Shown piece after piece: positions 52,725 through 64,000 of a stretch of 64,000 nt of DNA. Every line of letters starts with the position of its first letter. Position 1 is the stretch's first letter. Under the pieces are notes generated by a model. The model was given only the letters and a program-made list of their open reading frames with translations, had not been told where the DNA came from and did not search any database. Position numbers and translations under genes: made by a program. Origin of the DNA: Vicugna vicugna (Eukaryota); assembly GCA_013265495.1 (NCBI GenBank), contig MU057744.1, positions 2,493,370 to 2,557,369 of the forward strand, in the 5' to 3' direction.

Positions 52725-55700
52725 AGAGAAATTAACCAAAAGTGGATCACTGAAACTAAAAACTATACCTGTAAAACTTCCAGCAGGAAACATAAGAGAA
52801 ATGATTATTTTTTTTTAAATTTAAGATAGGCAGAGATATCTTATTTGGGACATATAAAAAGAAGAAATGATGAACTGGACTTTATCAAAAATGAAAACTT
52901 CTGATTTCTGGTGCAAAGGCATGTTATGGACTAGAGAAAATATTTCAGTACGTATATCTGACAAAGGATTGGTGCCCAGAATATACAATGGCTACAACTT
53001 AATAAGATAGCAATTTTACATATGAATGCACAAGAGATATAACTAAGCACCTTTCAAGAGATTTATAAGTTGACAATGAGCCACATGGGTGAACTTCAAA
53101 AACATTTTGTTGAGAGAAAAAAGCAAGGCACGGAAGAGTGCATATTCCTTGACTTCCATTAATATGTGATTCAAGTAAAGCAAAGCTGATCTATGCTGGC
53201 AGACGGATTAGTGCTTTCCTGGGCTTGGGGACCTGGAGGGCAGTGCACAATCAGCTACAGGAGGACCAAGGAGCAGGAGACTATTTTGAGGGGGGTGGAA
53301 ATATTCTCTTCCTTGGCTTTGAATGTGCATGTATTGGGGGGAGGAGAATTACGTGGTGTATGTATTTGTCAAAACTCATTACAAAGCGCTCTTAAAATGA
53401 GTGTATTTTATTTCATGACATTACATATTAACAAAACTAACTTTAAAGTAAAATGTAGTTGTGTTTTGTTGTGTAAATTATAACTCAATAGGAAGTGTGC
53501 AGAAAACTATAGCAAAATATAATAAATGGTAGGGAGAAAAAAAGAGAAAAAACAATCTATTTTCAGTAAGGATGCCCTTGAGTTGTTCTTGTAAGGATTT
53601 AGATACTGTTTGTATCATAACAAGTGACCAATGAGCAGATGGCTTTGTCTTTTGCGTCTGTTGCGTTTGAGATGCAGCGTGCAGTAAGTGCACTGCTCCT
53701 ATATCCCAGCACACTTAGAAGTCCCTGTAACAGCTGCAATCAAGAAGTTCATGTTTTGCCATCAAAAGGACCTAGTTTGCGCCCCTGCTCTACGGAATGT
53801 TTTTCAAGTTTGGGGTATGAAGTTCAGGTTGCATCTGTAACATGTAAGGATGATGAAGGGAAAATACTAACATAACAATCTTCAAACCCTCCCTGGCAGC
53901 AGTAAACATCAATCTTTACTCTGGCTAAAAAATTCCTCCTTTTAGAACCATACATTGAGATTTTACTACACTCCTGACACAGTACTCAGCAGACAGCTGA
54001 CTACAGGATTAATTTAATATGGTTTTATGAAAATAAATGGACAGCAAACAGAAACGTATAAAATCTTTGAAAATGGATTACTTCTTTGAAGACTTTTCCA
54101 GTGCCTCTGATATAATGTAATTTACCGTGGATTTTGGCTGCAGTATCTAAGGTTTATTTCTAGATACATATTATTTTGTTTAAAAAATATTTTAAGCAGT
54201 TTAATATCTTCACTTGAAAAGGAGCTGCCCACACTGTAACCCTAAAAATGCATTGTGTGATAATTTCAAGAATTACGGAAAGACTGGAAGGGGAGAGATT
54301 TTTGGCAGAAAAAGAAACTTTCACCGTTATTACCTTTCCCCAAGCCTTCTGCTTTCACAGTACCAGTTATTTTTCAGTTGCTAAAATTAAATACAGTGCA
54401 ACAGTTTGCATTGAGGTTTTCCTTTGCGTTCTAAGAAGTAAATCATAACCCCGGTGGGTAAGAAATTCATTTTTCAGAAAGACAGGCAAATGGACCAATG
54501 TAGTATGATTAAAAATCTGGAAACAAGCGAAAATTGTATGGCCATTTAGTGTAGAATAAAAGTGACACCGAAGACAGTTTGCACATTATAGACTTGAATA
54601 AATGGAGCCTGGGTATTTACATGAAAAAGATGGATCAGGAGTTCCATCATACACGTTATGCTAAATTATAACCAAGTGGATCAGATTTAAATGTAAAACT
54701 AACAGTGTAAAGTCTCTGGAAGATAATGTGAGAGAGTCCATTATATAATTGTGTGTGTGGTCAGAATGTCTTTCTTACTGACTCCCCATTTAGAAATGAT
54801 AAGGGAAAAATACATGAGACTGCATTAAAAGGCAGCAACCACGAATACTTAAAACGCCAACTTCAAACTGGAAAAATTTGACAGACAAACATAAACAAAA
54901 ACGTCAAGAAAAAATTTGAAACTGCAATAGATGGGCAAAAGTACAGAAGCTCGTGTCATGTTGTTTTGTGAAGTTGCCGGTTTAAAATGGGTACTCTCAT
55001 TTACTGCTGGTGGAGCAAAAGTTCAATCCAAATGGAGAAAAGTTTGTAAATGTTTTTCTGAATAACAAATACATGTATCTTCCAATCAAGGAGCTTCATA
55101 TATGACAGTTCATCATATCTACATTGATACAGATACACATGTATACACACACTTGTAAAACGACTTTTCAATATTCACTGCAAAAGTTGTGATGGCAAAA
55201 AGTTGAAGGAAAAATTTAAATAGACATTAGTGATATATTGATTTATCTTGTGATAATTTAAATTACAATAATTTACATCAGTTTATTTTAAATTTTATGC
55301 AATGTAAAGATAAATTATGCTAATCCATAATGACATACGGAACTGTGAAAAAAAAAAGGGGGGGAAGAAAAAATACACTGGTAAGAGCGAGCCAAGATAC
55401 ATTAAATACAAAAAGCAAGGTGTGGAGCAGTGTTTTAATATGTTTTTGGAATTAAGACTCTATATTCATATTTATTTGATTATAGAAAAAGAAATTCTAG
55501 GCAGACACAGAAGAAACAAAAAATAGTTGTTACAAAGGATGAGTGGTGGGACAGGGCTGAAGTAGGTACTGAAAAGTCACATTTTTCTTCTTTTATTGTC
55601 AAACTAATATGCACGGGAGCTGGGCTTACCTCAAATCAGCAGGAACTCCCAGAGACTTCACTGCTCCTTCAGGCTGCACTGTCAGCCCAGGCTCCTCCTG

Positions 55701-56657
55701 GTCCCTAGGATGAGGACTTCAGCCTGGGGTCCCACCGCGGGCCCACGAGGGGAGGTTAATTCTCCCTTCTCTGTGTCAGACAGGGCGTGGGACACAGCAC
55801 CGAATCCAGTCAAACTTGTACTCCACTCGAGTCTGAATCTTGAGCGAGGGACACAGCGTTGCAGGGGAAGATGAGAGGTCATCAAGCAGCAGAAGTGTCT
55901 CCAGCAGGAGTCCAGCCTTGGGGACCCAGTTATCACATGTAACCCTGCCAGCCAGCGACAGCTCCCCATTCCCATCACCAGGGCCACCACGCCTTGGCTC
56001 CTTTGGGTTTTACCAATCGAGGTCCTCCAGCTCGGCTCCCGCCTCTGTCCCCTCCAACACTATTCCCATGAACACTGTTTCTGTTAAAGGTAAACAGATT
56101 TAGTTTCTTTCATTAGCTACATATAATTATAGTGCTATAGAGAATTTCTTTCTTATTCTCTTTGCAGTTGGGCTGCGAGTTTCCTGATGTCAAGAAGTTA
56201 TCCTTGTTCAACCCCCTAAGACCTAGCACTGTGCTTACCATGTAACAGCACGTGAACATTGATGGAACTGATTCAATGACCCAGCCGTTAATACTGGGTC
56301 TAGCGTTTCTGTTCACTGACAATTAAAAGCTTCAAAATAACAAAGCGCTTCCAATGTCTCAGCTCTGAGTTTATGCAAATTTTTTGTGTTAAGTGATTTG
56401 CTCAATTCACAATCTCAAATCAAAAAACAGATTGAATAAAACTGTAAAGAAAGGTTAATATTGAGAAGGCACTGAATTATTTCTGCTTAAAACAGCAGGG
56501 AAAGTGTTTCTAAAAATAGATGTAATACTAAAATGAATGCAGATTTTTCTGAAATCATTCATTCCTTTTAAAATTTGAAATTTTACATTTTAAACGATTC
56601 TCATTTTTAATGACTGTTACTATAAACCTTGGTCATTCCATTTCTCTTACACATTAG

Positions 56658-56959
56658 AAGAAAGAGGAAAACCTGTATTAGATAACTTTTCATTCAGCTA
56701 AACAATGAAAAAATATATTTCTAAGTAAGTATTATTTAAAATAACAACTAATTTTTACTTTACACCTGACAACACAATAAAAAATTTTTATTAGAATTTT
56801 ATATTCCTAGAAACCATGTTTCACTGTGTTAATACAAAATCCAGACTGTAATAGAAATAGGTAAAAAATATTCCCAGAACCTTCAATTACTTAAATAATA
56901 TATTTTACACAGCACTAATTATCTCCAACTAGTATACCACCGGGAAATGAAAAGCAAAC
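56658..56959 (+). pseudogene. Pre-RING helical module: exons 56658-56724 and 56811-56959
   Basis: AKQ*KNIFL|gtaagt; NHVSLC*YKIQ..FPEPSIT*IIYFTQH*L versus TTC3 'LSGLSIDEIVQRVTEHIL'. Confidence 0.6.
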
Positions 56960-59473
56960 GTGAAATCTATTTGATTAATGCATTAGAACATTGCAAAATT
57001 ACATTTTTCCCTCTTGACAGAGATAATTTTCCCTGTATTTCCCCTTCCTTGTTTTCATTAAGTACTCTCATGTCGACAATACTGATTTGACAATTTGAGT
57101 ATCATTCCCATAAGAGCACTCCAAATAGCTATTCCTTCACATGTTATCTTTACCTGTAAAAATACAGTATCATAGTCCTCACTCAAAAGCCTTCTAAAAT
57201 TATATATTATTAAATATAATTCTTAGCTGTTAAGTTTCTCAGTGTGACATGTACTGGACAACAAGACATAGGAGTCATTTAGACACTTCCCCAAGGATTA
57301 GAATGATTTTGCTCGAGGGCCACTGCTCTGTCACTCTTAAAGGCTTTCAAATATCAATGCAATGTTATCTAAAACTGAAGAAGCAGTATCTTTTTGCCTA
57401 TTATTTGCATTGCAAGCATTATTCAAGTTTTATTTATCATTTTTCATAATATCCTTCAAATAAAGTGAGCAATCAATTTTGTAAACAAATAGGTACTAAG
57501 AAATTTCAAGACCCAACACCACTCTCCAGAAAAAAGTGAAATCAATCCAAACAGTTGAATTAGGACTATCACTCCCAAATCTCTCATTTCTACATGCAAA
57601 TTTCCCTACTAAGACACACGAATTATTTTTAGGTTTAGACTACTGTAACACTGCATCAAAATCCCCTTCCCCTGACTCAGTTTGGCTCATTCTGTGCTGC
57701 TGTGAAGGTTCCTTTTGTATAGTACATTCATTCTGGAACTTGTTAAGATAATCAGGATCACAGGTTTATAGTTTGCTTCTATCAAGTTTGCTTTTCCTTG
57801 TACTTTAGTAATTTTTACAGCAGCTTAATTCTGCTGCTTGTGTTGGGTGTATAAAACTCAGAACCGTAAGTTTTTTTTTCTCCCAAACTTGATTCTTAGG
57901 TGAAGATGGAAACTGCATAAAAGTATAAACACAATGAATGGATTGCTGCATTTTCCAAGATCTGTTTCCTATGTCAGAACCTTAACGAAACCGTTTGCAG
58001 TTTCTCTATATGTTATGGCTGAACTCCCTTCCTCCTCTAATGACATTGATTATATTCTGTTCTTCGCAGCAATTTCTGGCTTTTTCCCTTCAGTTAGAAT
58101 GATGGATATCTGTCGAAGGAACACTTTATCTTATTATCTTCAGACACAGTCCTTCTCCAAGCTTTCCTGCTCTTCGGCCTTCTTTGCAGTTCAAGTCTCC
58201 CACATCCTAACCTATTTTCAAGTCTAAATCCAAACAGAATTATTTTCAGACTCTCTCCCTTCTTGCTCTATTAAGCTTTGGAACATAAGGGTCAAATAGT
58301 GCTGCTTTGACTTCATCTATTCCAAATCACTCTTAACGTGGATGCAATGTGACTTATGGACCTATCCTTCTGTGGATGAGTCTTCCTCATCACCGGGCTC
58401 CTAATTTCCAAGTGCATGATCTGACCTCAGAGTCCTGACTAACTCTCCACCTATCCAGAACTCCATGACACTCTTCCTCTCCATCCACGACTTGCATGAC
58501 TTGCTTTCTTTTCTCTCTTTGCTTTAAATGATCTTTATTGATTCCATTTTTAAACTAAATTTAAGAACTTGAGCACACCAGCATTCCAATCTTACATATT
58601 CTTTCAAAAATACTACCCGAGAAGGTATAATAAGTCAAATACTTCTCTATGAACAGAGGCTATAAGCAGAGATACAGACTCCTGCTGACATGGATCCTGT
58701 ATCATACCCAGGAGAGCATGTATGAAAGCAGCGGGTGCTGTGGGGGGTCTGCAGGGACAATGAATCAGAAGTGGTGAGGAGGTGTGCAAGTTCATGAAGA
58801 GAAGTCAGGAAAGATTAATGGTGAAGTTCACAGTCTGGCAAACGCGCCATGGAGGTAAAGAAAGGAGCTCTGGAGCTGTCTGGAGAAGAAGAGCTGAGGC
58901 AGAAGGAAGCAGGATGCAAAACCACTGAGGAAGGAACATCAGAGTGCATTCCAGTAAGAGCCCACGGAGCAAAACAGTCAGAGCAGATAGGTTCAGAGAG
59001 GCAACGGGAAAAGGGGGTCACGCAGGGTGTTGTGAGTGGTTGTTAGGACTGAGCTTTTATTCTCTGTCAAAAAAGACTGAGACATTCTAATCAGAGGAGT
59101 GGTATGTTCAAGCACATTCTAAATGGACAACTCTGGCCTTTGAGTTAAGAATATATTGTATTTACAAAGTACAACACACTGTAAGAGTTGGTTTTTGGAC
59201 TTCTCTGTAAGGTGATATGATATAAGCCAGGTTTTCCTTTACAGGAAACAAAATAGCACTCATCGGGTAATCTTTTTTTTCAAAATATTAATGTTGATTT
59301 ACTTTTCTACTTTTATTTTTAAGAATACATCCGTGCAATTCATACTCGTATTAAAAATGAAGCCACAGATGGTTCTGTAAAAGAAAACGTGAAAGCAATA
59401 CCCAAAATACAGCAGCAATTCTTTTACTTGTTATCACTGATGAGCAACAAATTTACATACATTAATTTTTCAG

Positions 59474-59800
59474 GCAACCAAGGCAAATTCATTTGATCAC
59501 CCAGTTTATTTCTACTTATTTGGGGAAAAAAATTTCTAATATGTATTTTCTATTTGCTCACTTTTCCTGAAGACTACTGTATATAATTTAACATTTGCAT
59601 GCATGCCGTCATGAAGAATGTAACAGTGTAATAAAACAGAAACTGTATCCTCTGGGGCTAATGATATGAGTAACACCATATACCTCTTTCCTACATAGAC
59701 CAATATTGCTATGCTTTCTGAGTTCACTGATTTTTTTAAGTTTGTATATCTTCCCTTAAATCAGCTGTCACTTTTTGCTGCTGCCTGTGTGTCTGTTTCC
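59474..59800 (+). pseudogene. RING-H2 remnant: exons ~59474-59619 and 59741-~59800
   Basis: C-I-F-Y(TAT, likely from TGT)-x14-C-M-H-A-(1-nt del)-H-E-E | F-C-ISSLKSAVTF-CCCLC fits C-x2-C..C-x-H-x2-H-x2-C..C-x2-C. Phase-1 junction T|gtaaca ... tttttttaag|TT. Confidence 0.6.
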
Positions 59801-60199
59801 TGAAAGAGGTCCCTAATTTGCTTTCATATCTGCTGTGCATGGAGAAACCACATTGCCATACGCCTGTAATTGTGGAAGTGATCCAGTCCTGTTCTGCTCC
59901 CTCCCATGGCTGCCAGGCCACATCACGATTGTGGGCTGTTATTTTTCAAGGCTGCCACAGGGCTGGAGAGCAGGGGATGGGAACGGGGCCAGTTAAAATG
60001 CCACGAAAGTGACTGCGATTACTGAGATTCAACTGCTTTTTTGGAATAAATTTTGCCTGGGTTACTGCAAACCTTTGGTTTGATGTTCAGAGTTCTGGAA
60101 ATAACAATTTTGTCATATAAAAAATATTTGTTACAAGGAGCTCATTTTCAGAGGTCCTTACTTGGCCATTTTTGGTGATGTCACTGTCATTGGGTTTTG

Positions 60200-63100
60200 A
60201 TGACATTTGGAGAATTATTTATGCTGAAACGGCATGGCCTATAAAGGTGTACCCTACATGATAAGGCCATGACCAGCCAAACCTGTCATTTAATGTGGTC
60301 TGATATCATAGAATGCATATTTTAGTCTGCACTTTTGTCCTTATATCTGCTTTAATCCACAGGCATAATTGTATTTCCTCCCCTGGGTGGGTGACATGAA
60401 ACAATTAATTTCATATCAGGGCATGATTAACATGTACCATACTGCCAGGAGGTTTGAGAAATACAATCTTTATGCTCTTCAGGGCTGGGAAACTCAACTC
60501 TCTCCCCAACTGGTCTAGGGTACAAAGAGATAGTAAGTAAACATGCTTCATTTTTACAAATATCTTGAGAGCTTTTTCTGTGTTCACAGGTCAGCTGTTA
60601 GAGGAAAATAACCAGCTGTTAGCTTTACCTTTGACACTAAGAAATTAGCACATTGTTCCTTGAGCATATTAACTTACAGAAAAGGACTGACTGCCCAAAA
60701 AGCTATGAGAGGTAATTGATTAATGTGGTACAGCTACAAGTACTTTGCCCTATGTGGGCCACTTCTCCAGAGCCAACATTAACTGGGACGATAGCCTGAC
60801 TTTGCACTACATTCTAGACACCCTGGCCCCTGGACTAACTAGACTCGTTCAGCTTATGCGGCCTGGGTGATAATTGTGCCGTCACAAGGTGCGGGGACCT
60901 AGGGACCCTTATAGGACCTGCGGGTGGAAAAGGACAGCTGTGTCATTCCCCAGCATTTCCAACAGGGGATCTGACAGGTTGAGGCACCCAAGTTGATGCT
61001 TGTCTCTGTCGGCTTTGTGGCTGTGTTACTGATATGACCTCTGACTTAACTAGCAGCAACCACATTCTTCAGTCACACAAAAGGCTTCTATCAACTTATG
61101 TCTCCATTGCCCTGGGTTTCCTTGACCTGTGCTATGAGTTGCTGTTGTTCTCCCTGTCAGTGTAGATTCCCACGACAGGCCAAGCATGAGATTCGCAGCC
61201 AGGCATCCTGGATCGACTAGCGCCACCACCACTAGTGGCTTACAAATGGATCCACTCTCCGGCACCCTCCCTGTTTTTCTGTTTTTTCCACTGGCGACTG
61301 GTTGAAGTTCCATATATTCCAGAAACAAACCAGGGAGTCTGCTGCACCAGCAGACTAGAAGACGCACACTCCTTGCTTTCTGAATTCCTGCCACCTCTCC
61401 TGAATCCTCCTTCCCTGAAAGGTAATGGGTCCTGGGCTGGACTGAATCTGCCTGACCTTGTTCGCCCCTCAGACACTGCTTCAGACTGCCTAGGAGAGCC
61501 TCCCTTGGAGAGACCAGGGATGTTCCTTGGTACCTGGCCAGGGAATTCAATGAGCTTTTCCCACAACTGTTTGTCATGTCTGCTCCTCCAACGTTCAGAC
61601 TTGAAGAGAGCTTACAAACACATCTGCTGTGCCAAATTGAACATCTCAGTCCTGATCATGAGCTCCTTGGTGGGACTGGGACTTTGGTTTGAATCAGTGG
61701 GATGACTTTCCTAGGAAGCCTGTTTCACACTCTACCACTATGGGGGTCCGTGTATTCACAGATCCCTATGAATTCCCTGTCAGTTTATAATAATATCCTC
61801 CTTTCAATTGTTTTTCTGCCATCAGTTGTGAGGCAAAGGTAATAAACATATTAACAAGGGCTGAGCCATAGCCATGCAGACAGATCACACCTGCCTACAG
61901 GCAGAAACCTGGCTGCAATCCTAGACTGCAGGTGACATAACCCTCTAAGGTCCACAGATGGCTCAGTCATTCTGTAAAACCCAGCTTCTTATTTCTTGAC
62001 TTTTACAGCATGGAGGATTCGGACACCACCAGCTCAGCACCTCAAGGGGAGCTGGCTTGACCCAGGAAGGCTTCTGCATCATCTGAACAGAGGGCATACC
62101 TGGCTTCCTAGATGTCAGCCACTGGGGTGACTATACTTGCCTTAGTCTCTTAGGGTAAAACTAAGTCCTGCAGACTGGGTGGCCTAAACAACAGAAATCT
62201 ACTTTCTCACAACTCTGGAGGCTGAAGTTCAACAGCACGGTGCTGGAAGGATTGGCTGGTTTGGAGACCTCTTTCCTGGGCTCCTAGTTGACTATCTTCT
62301 CCCTGCATGTTCACATGGTCTTTCTTCTCTATGTGTCTACATCCAAATGTCCTCTTCTTCTGAGGACACCAGTCAGATTGGACTAGGGCCCATCCGAATG
62401 ACCTCGTTTTAACTTCGTTACTTCTTTAGAGGCCCTGTCTCTAAATACAGTCACATTCTGAGGTCCTGGAGGTTAGAACTTCTACATATACATTTTGGAG
62501 AGATACACTCCAGCTCTTAACAATAGCACTCCTGAAAAATTATGTTAACCCAGACCTGCTATTTACCCTGAAGAAATCCTTACCTAACCACTGTCAGAAA
62601 TAGTGAATATGTATTCTTACTTCCAGTAAGGCACCTGTAGGAAGCCATCTGTGAGTAGATTTGAAGCTGTGGTTTAACTGCTTGTCCAAGTCTATGTCAC
62701 ACCCATATAAAATAGTGTTTGAAATTGGCTTCTCCAAAACAGTACATCCTACTCTAAACAGACTAAGCTGCCAATCAGCTAACTCACTGAAAATCTGTAG
62801 TGTGCATGTCTGCTGGGGGCCTGTGATGCCCCAGATAGCACTGTGAACCACAGGGACCCAATGCCACTGTCCTCATTTGGGAATCTATCTGTAAGACCTC
62901 AGGTCACCATATCTGGATTAAAAGTTCTCTATTAGAAAGAGCATCTATTACTTCTGTAATAGTAAACATCATTCATTATCTTTTTACCATTTGGGCAATA
63001 ATTAATTATATGAGACTACCCACAGGAATGTAAGAAGGCCAATTACACCAACTAATTCCACATGGTCTCAATGAAGACATTAATACAGAAAGCAGTTCCA

Positions 63101-63990
63101 GGAATGGGGCTAAGTCTTCATAGTGGGAGCTGATGTGCAGGTTGCTGGCCTGGTCTCCACATAGAAGGCAACTGTATCTCCTGGAGGAGTGAATAACACG
63201 TGGAGGTAAACACGCAGCCACTTGCATCTGGGAAATCCTGCTGCGTGATCAGACTTTATGCACACTGTGTCCAAGGAGAGCTTCAACCCCTTCTGCATCC
63301 TTTGACACAGCCCTGCTGTACTTTCCCAGCCTTCTCTGCCAGGTCAGGAGACAAAGTGCTCCATGACCCCTGCTGTGGGGTCACAGATGGACTCCCCTTT
63401 CACTCCCTCCTAGCAATGACCTCTACCTACAAGAATTAGTTCCCTCAGATTTTTTCCTTTTTTTTTTTTTCTTAGCAACTTTGCTGGTTCATAGGTGATG
63501 GTCCTCTCTTCAACAAGGCTTTTAACCAGAGAAGAAAGTTACTAGCCAGTCTGGTGTTCCCTGTCCTCTCCTGATTTCCCTCTGAATATATAAAGTGGCC
63601 TGGGGGAGGCCCTTCCCTTAGTTTTTAACTCATGACCTATCCAGCGATATCCAGCTGTGTCCAATTAGAGGTATCATCTAGTTTTATTAGATAAATGAAC
63701 CCAAATTTCTGATTATAGTATAACCATCTTGTTTTTATATACAATTTTCAGAAACCTAACAATTTGGTGGCTTCCTTCTCAGTATTCTGATGGAGTGTAT
63801 ATATATATATATCTCAAATCACTTATTTTTAAACTATCCACTCTTACCAACTCATATTAGTGAAGAATCAATGGTAGCACTTTATGATCTGTTTCACTCT
63901 ATCTGAATGCATTACATTTTTTAGGACACTAATTAATCATAGTGATACCTTACAAAAAGTGTCAGTACATATTTCCATTTGGGGCAAAGA
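60200..63990 (-). mobile_element. Decayed ERVL/MaLR-class internal region with a nested MLT1 LTR (~62137-62522)
   Basis: The LTR carries MLT1 motifs (ctgggtggcctaaacaacagaaat..aggacaccagtcagattggactagggccca..aaatacagtcacattctgagg). The flanks resemble ERVL/MaLR internal sequence by recall; no intact pol ORF. Confidence 0.5.
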
Positions 63991-64000
63991 AATATAATGT

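Larger units (their letters stand above)
49090..53450 (+). mobile_element. Cluster of ancient L1M fragments
   Basis: Degenerate ORF2 and 3' UTR motifs (gaaatgcaaattaaaac; gaggatgtggagtaacttgaa; aaatgcccagcaacagg). Confidence 0.7.
45353..54120 (+). pseudogene. Coiled-coil exons: ~45353-45521, 48605-48660, 48775-48983, 53492-53565 and ~54007-54120
   Basis: ILEKKMSLIHLQ*QFNESNVEICELEN; CTVKLEEYSKRNILVK / FLISKYILSLGQYK; SVQKTIAKYNKW*GEKKRKNNLFS; YKIFENG-(fs)-SLKTFP, versus DZIP3 'YVSKLNAETSRALTAEVYFLQCRRDFGL..LKAAVDSWNAIVADVRNKIAFLR..INKVKQGFALSTLP'. Donors gtaagt/gtaagg. Confidence 0.6.
57..59800 (+). pseudogene. Multi-exon unitary pseudogene of a divergent TTC3/DZIP3-family RING-H2 E3 ubiquitin ligase; 5' part lies upstream of the window
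   Basis: More than 35 AG...GT-bounded segments, often with matching splice phases, whose translations (stops and frameshifts allowed) align in order to recalled TTC3/DZIP3 motifs from the last TPR to the RING-H2. Too divergent and too decayed to be TTC3 or DZIP3 itself. Confidence 0.75.

Noticed and set aside
57..59800. Identification as the functional TTC3 or DZIP3 gene, or as CCDC7, C10orf67, CCDC162, RGS22 or EFCAB13
   Set aside because: Only motif-level similarity to TTC3/DZIP3 with pervasive stops and extra repeats; no match to the recalled sequences of the other candidates.
61050..61705. Overlapping 108-175-aa ORFs
   Set aside because: They lie in decayed LTR-retroelement internal sequence and show no recognisable intact gag/pol/env motifs.

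Overview
Mammalian genomic DNA, most likely camelid (a Vic-1-type tRNA SINE with target-site duplication sits at 7807-7940). I find no intact protein-coding gene; the listed ORFs are chance ORFs, transposon remnants or pseudogene fragments. The main content is a long-dead, intron-containing gene on the + strand running from about 57 to about 59.8 kb, with more than 35 exon remnants that mostly keep AG/GT splice signals but carry many stops and frameshifts. Translated by hand and compared with human TTC3/DZIP3 sequences recalled from memory, the exons follow the family domain order: last TPR helix, Cys/His-rich TTC3/DZIP3 domain, central helical module, winged-helix-like 'YDYF..L...G / GG..F...PRF' module, coiled coil, pre-RING helical module, RING-H2. 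Unlike TTC3, the central helical module appears to be repeated about six times, and there is an extra internal copy of the pre-RING module. This looks like a divergent, probably unannotated TTC3/DZIP3-family E3 ligase paralog lost as a unitary pseudogene; the family call needs a database search to confirm. Introns and the 3' flank contain L1, L2, MIR, MER3 and MaLR/ERVL LTRs, three ERV1-type solo LTRs with TSDs (one inserted exactly at a splice donor), an RPL17 retrocopy, microsatellites and a decayed ERVL-class internal region.
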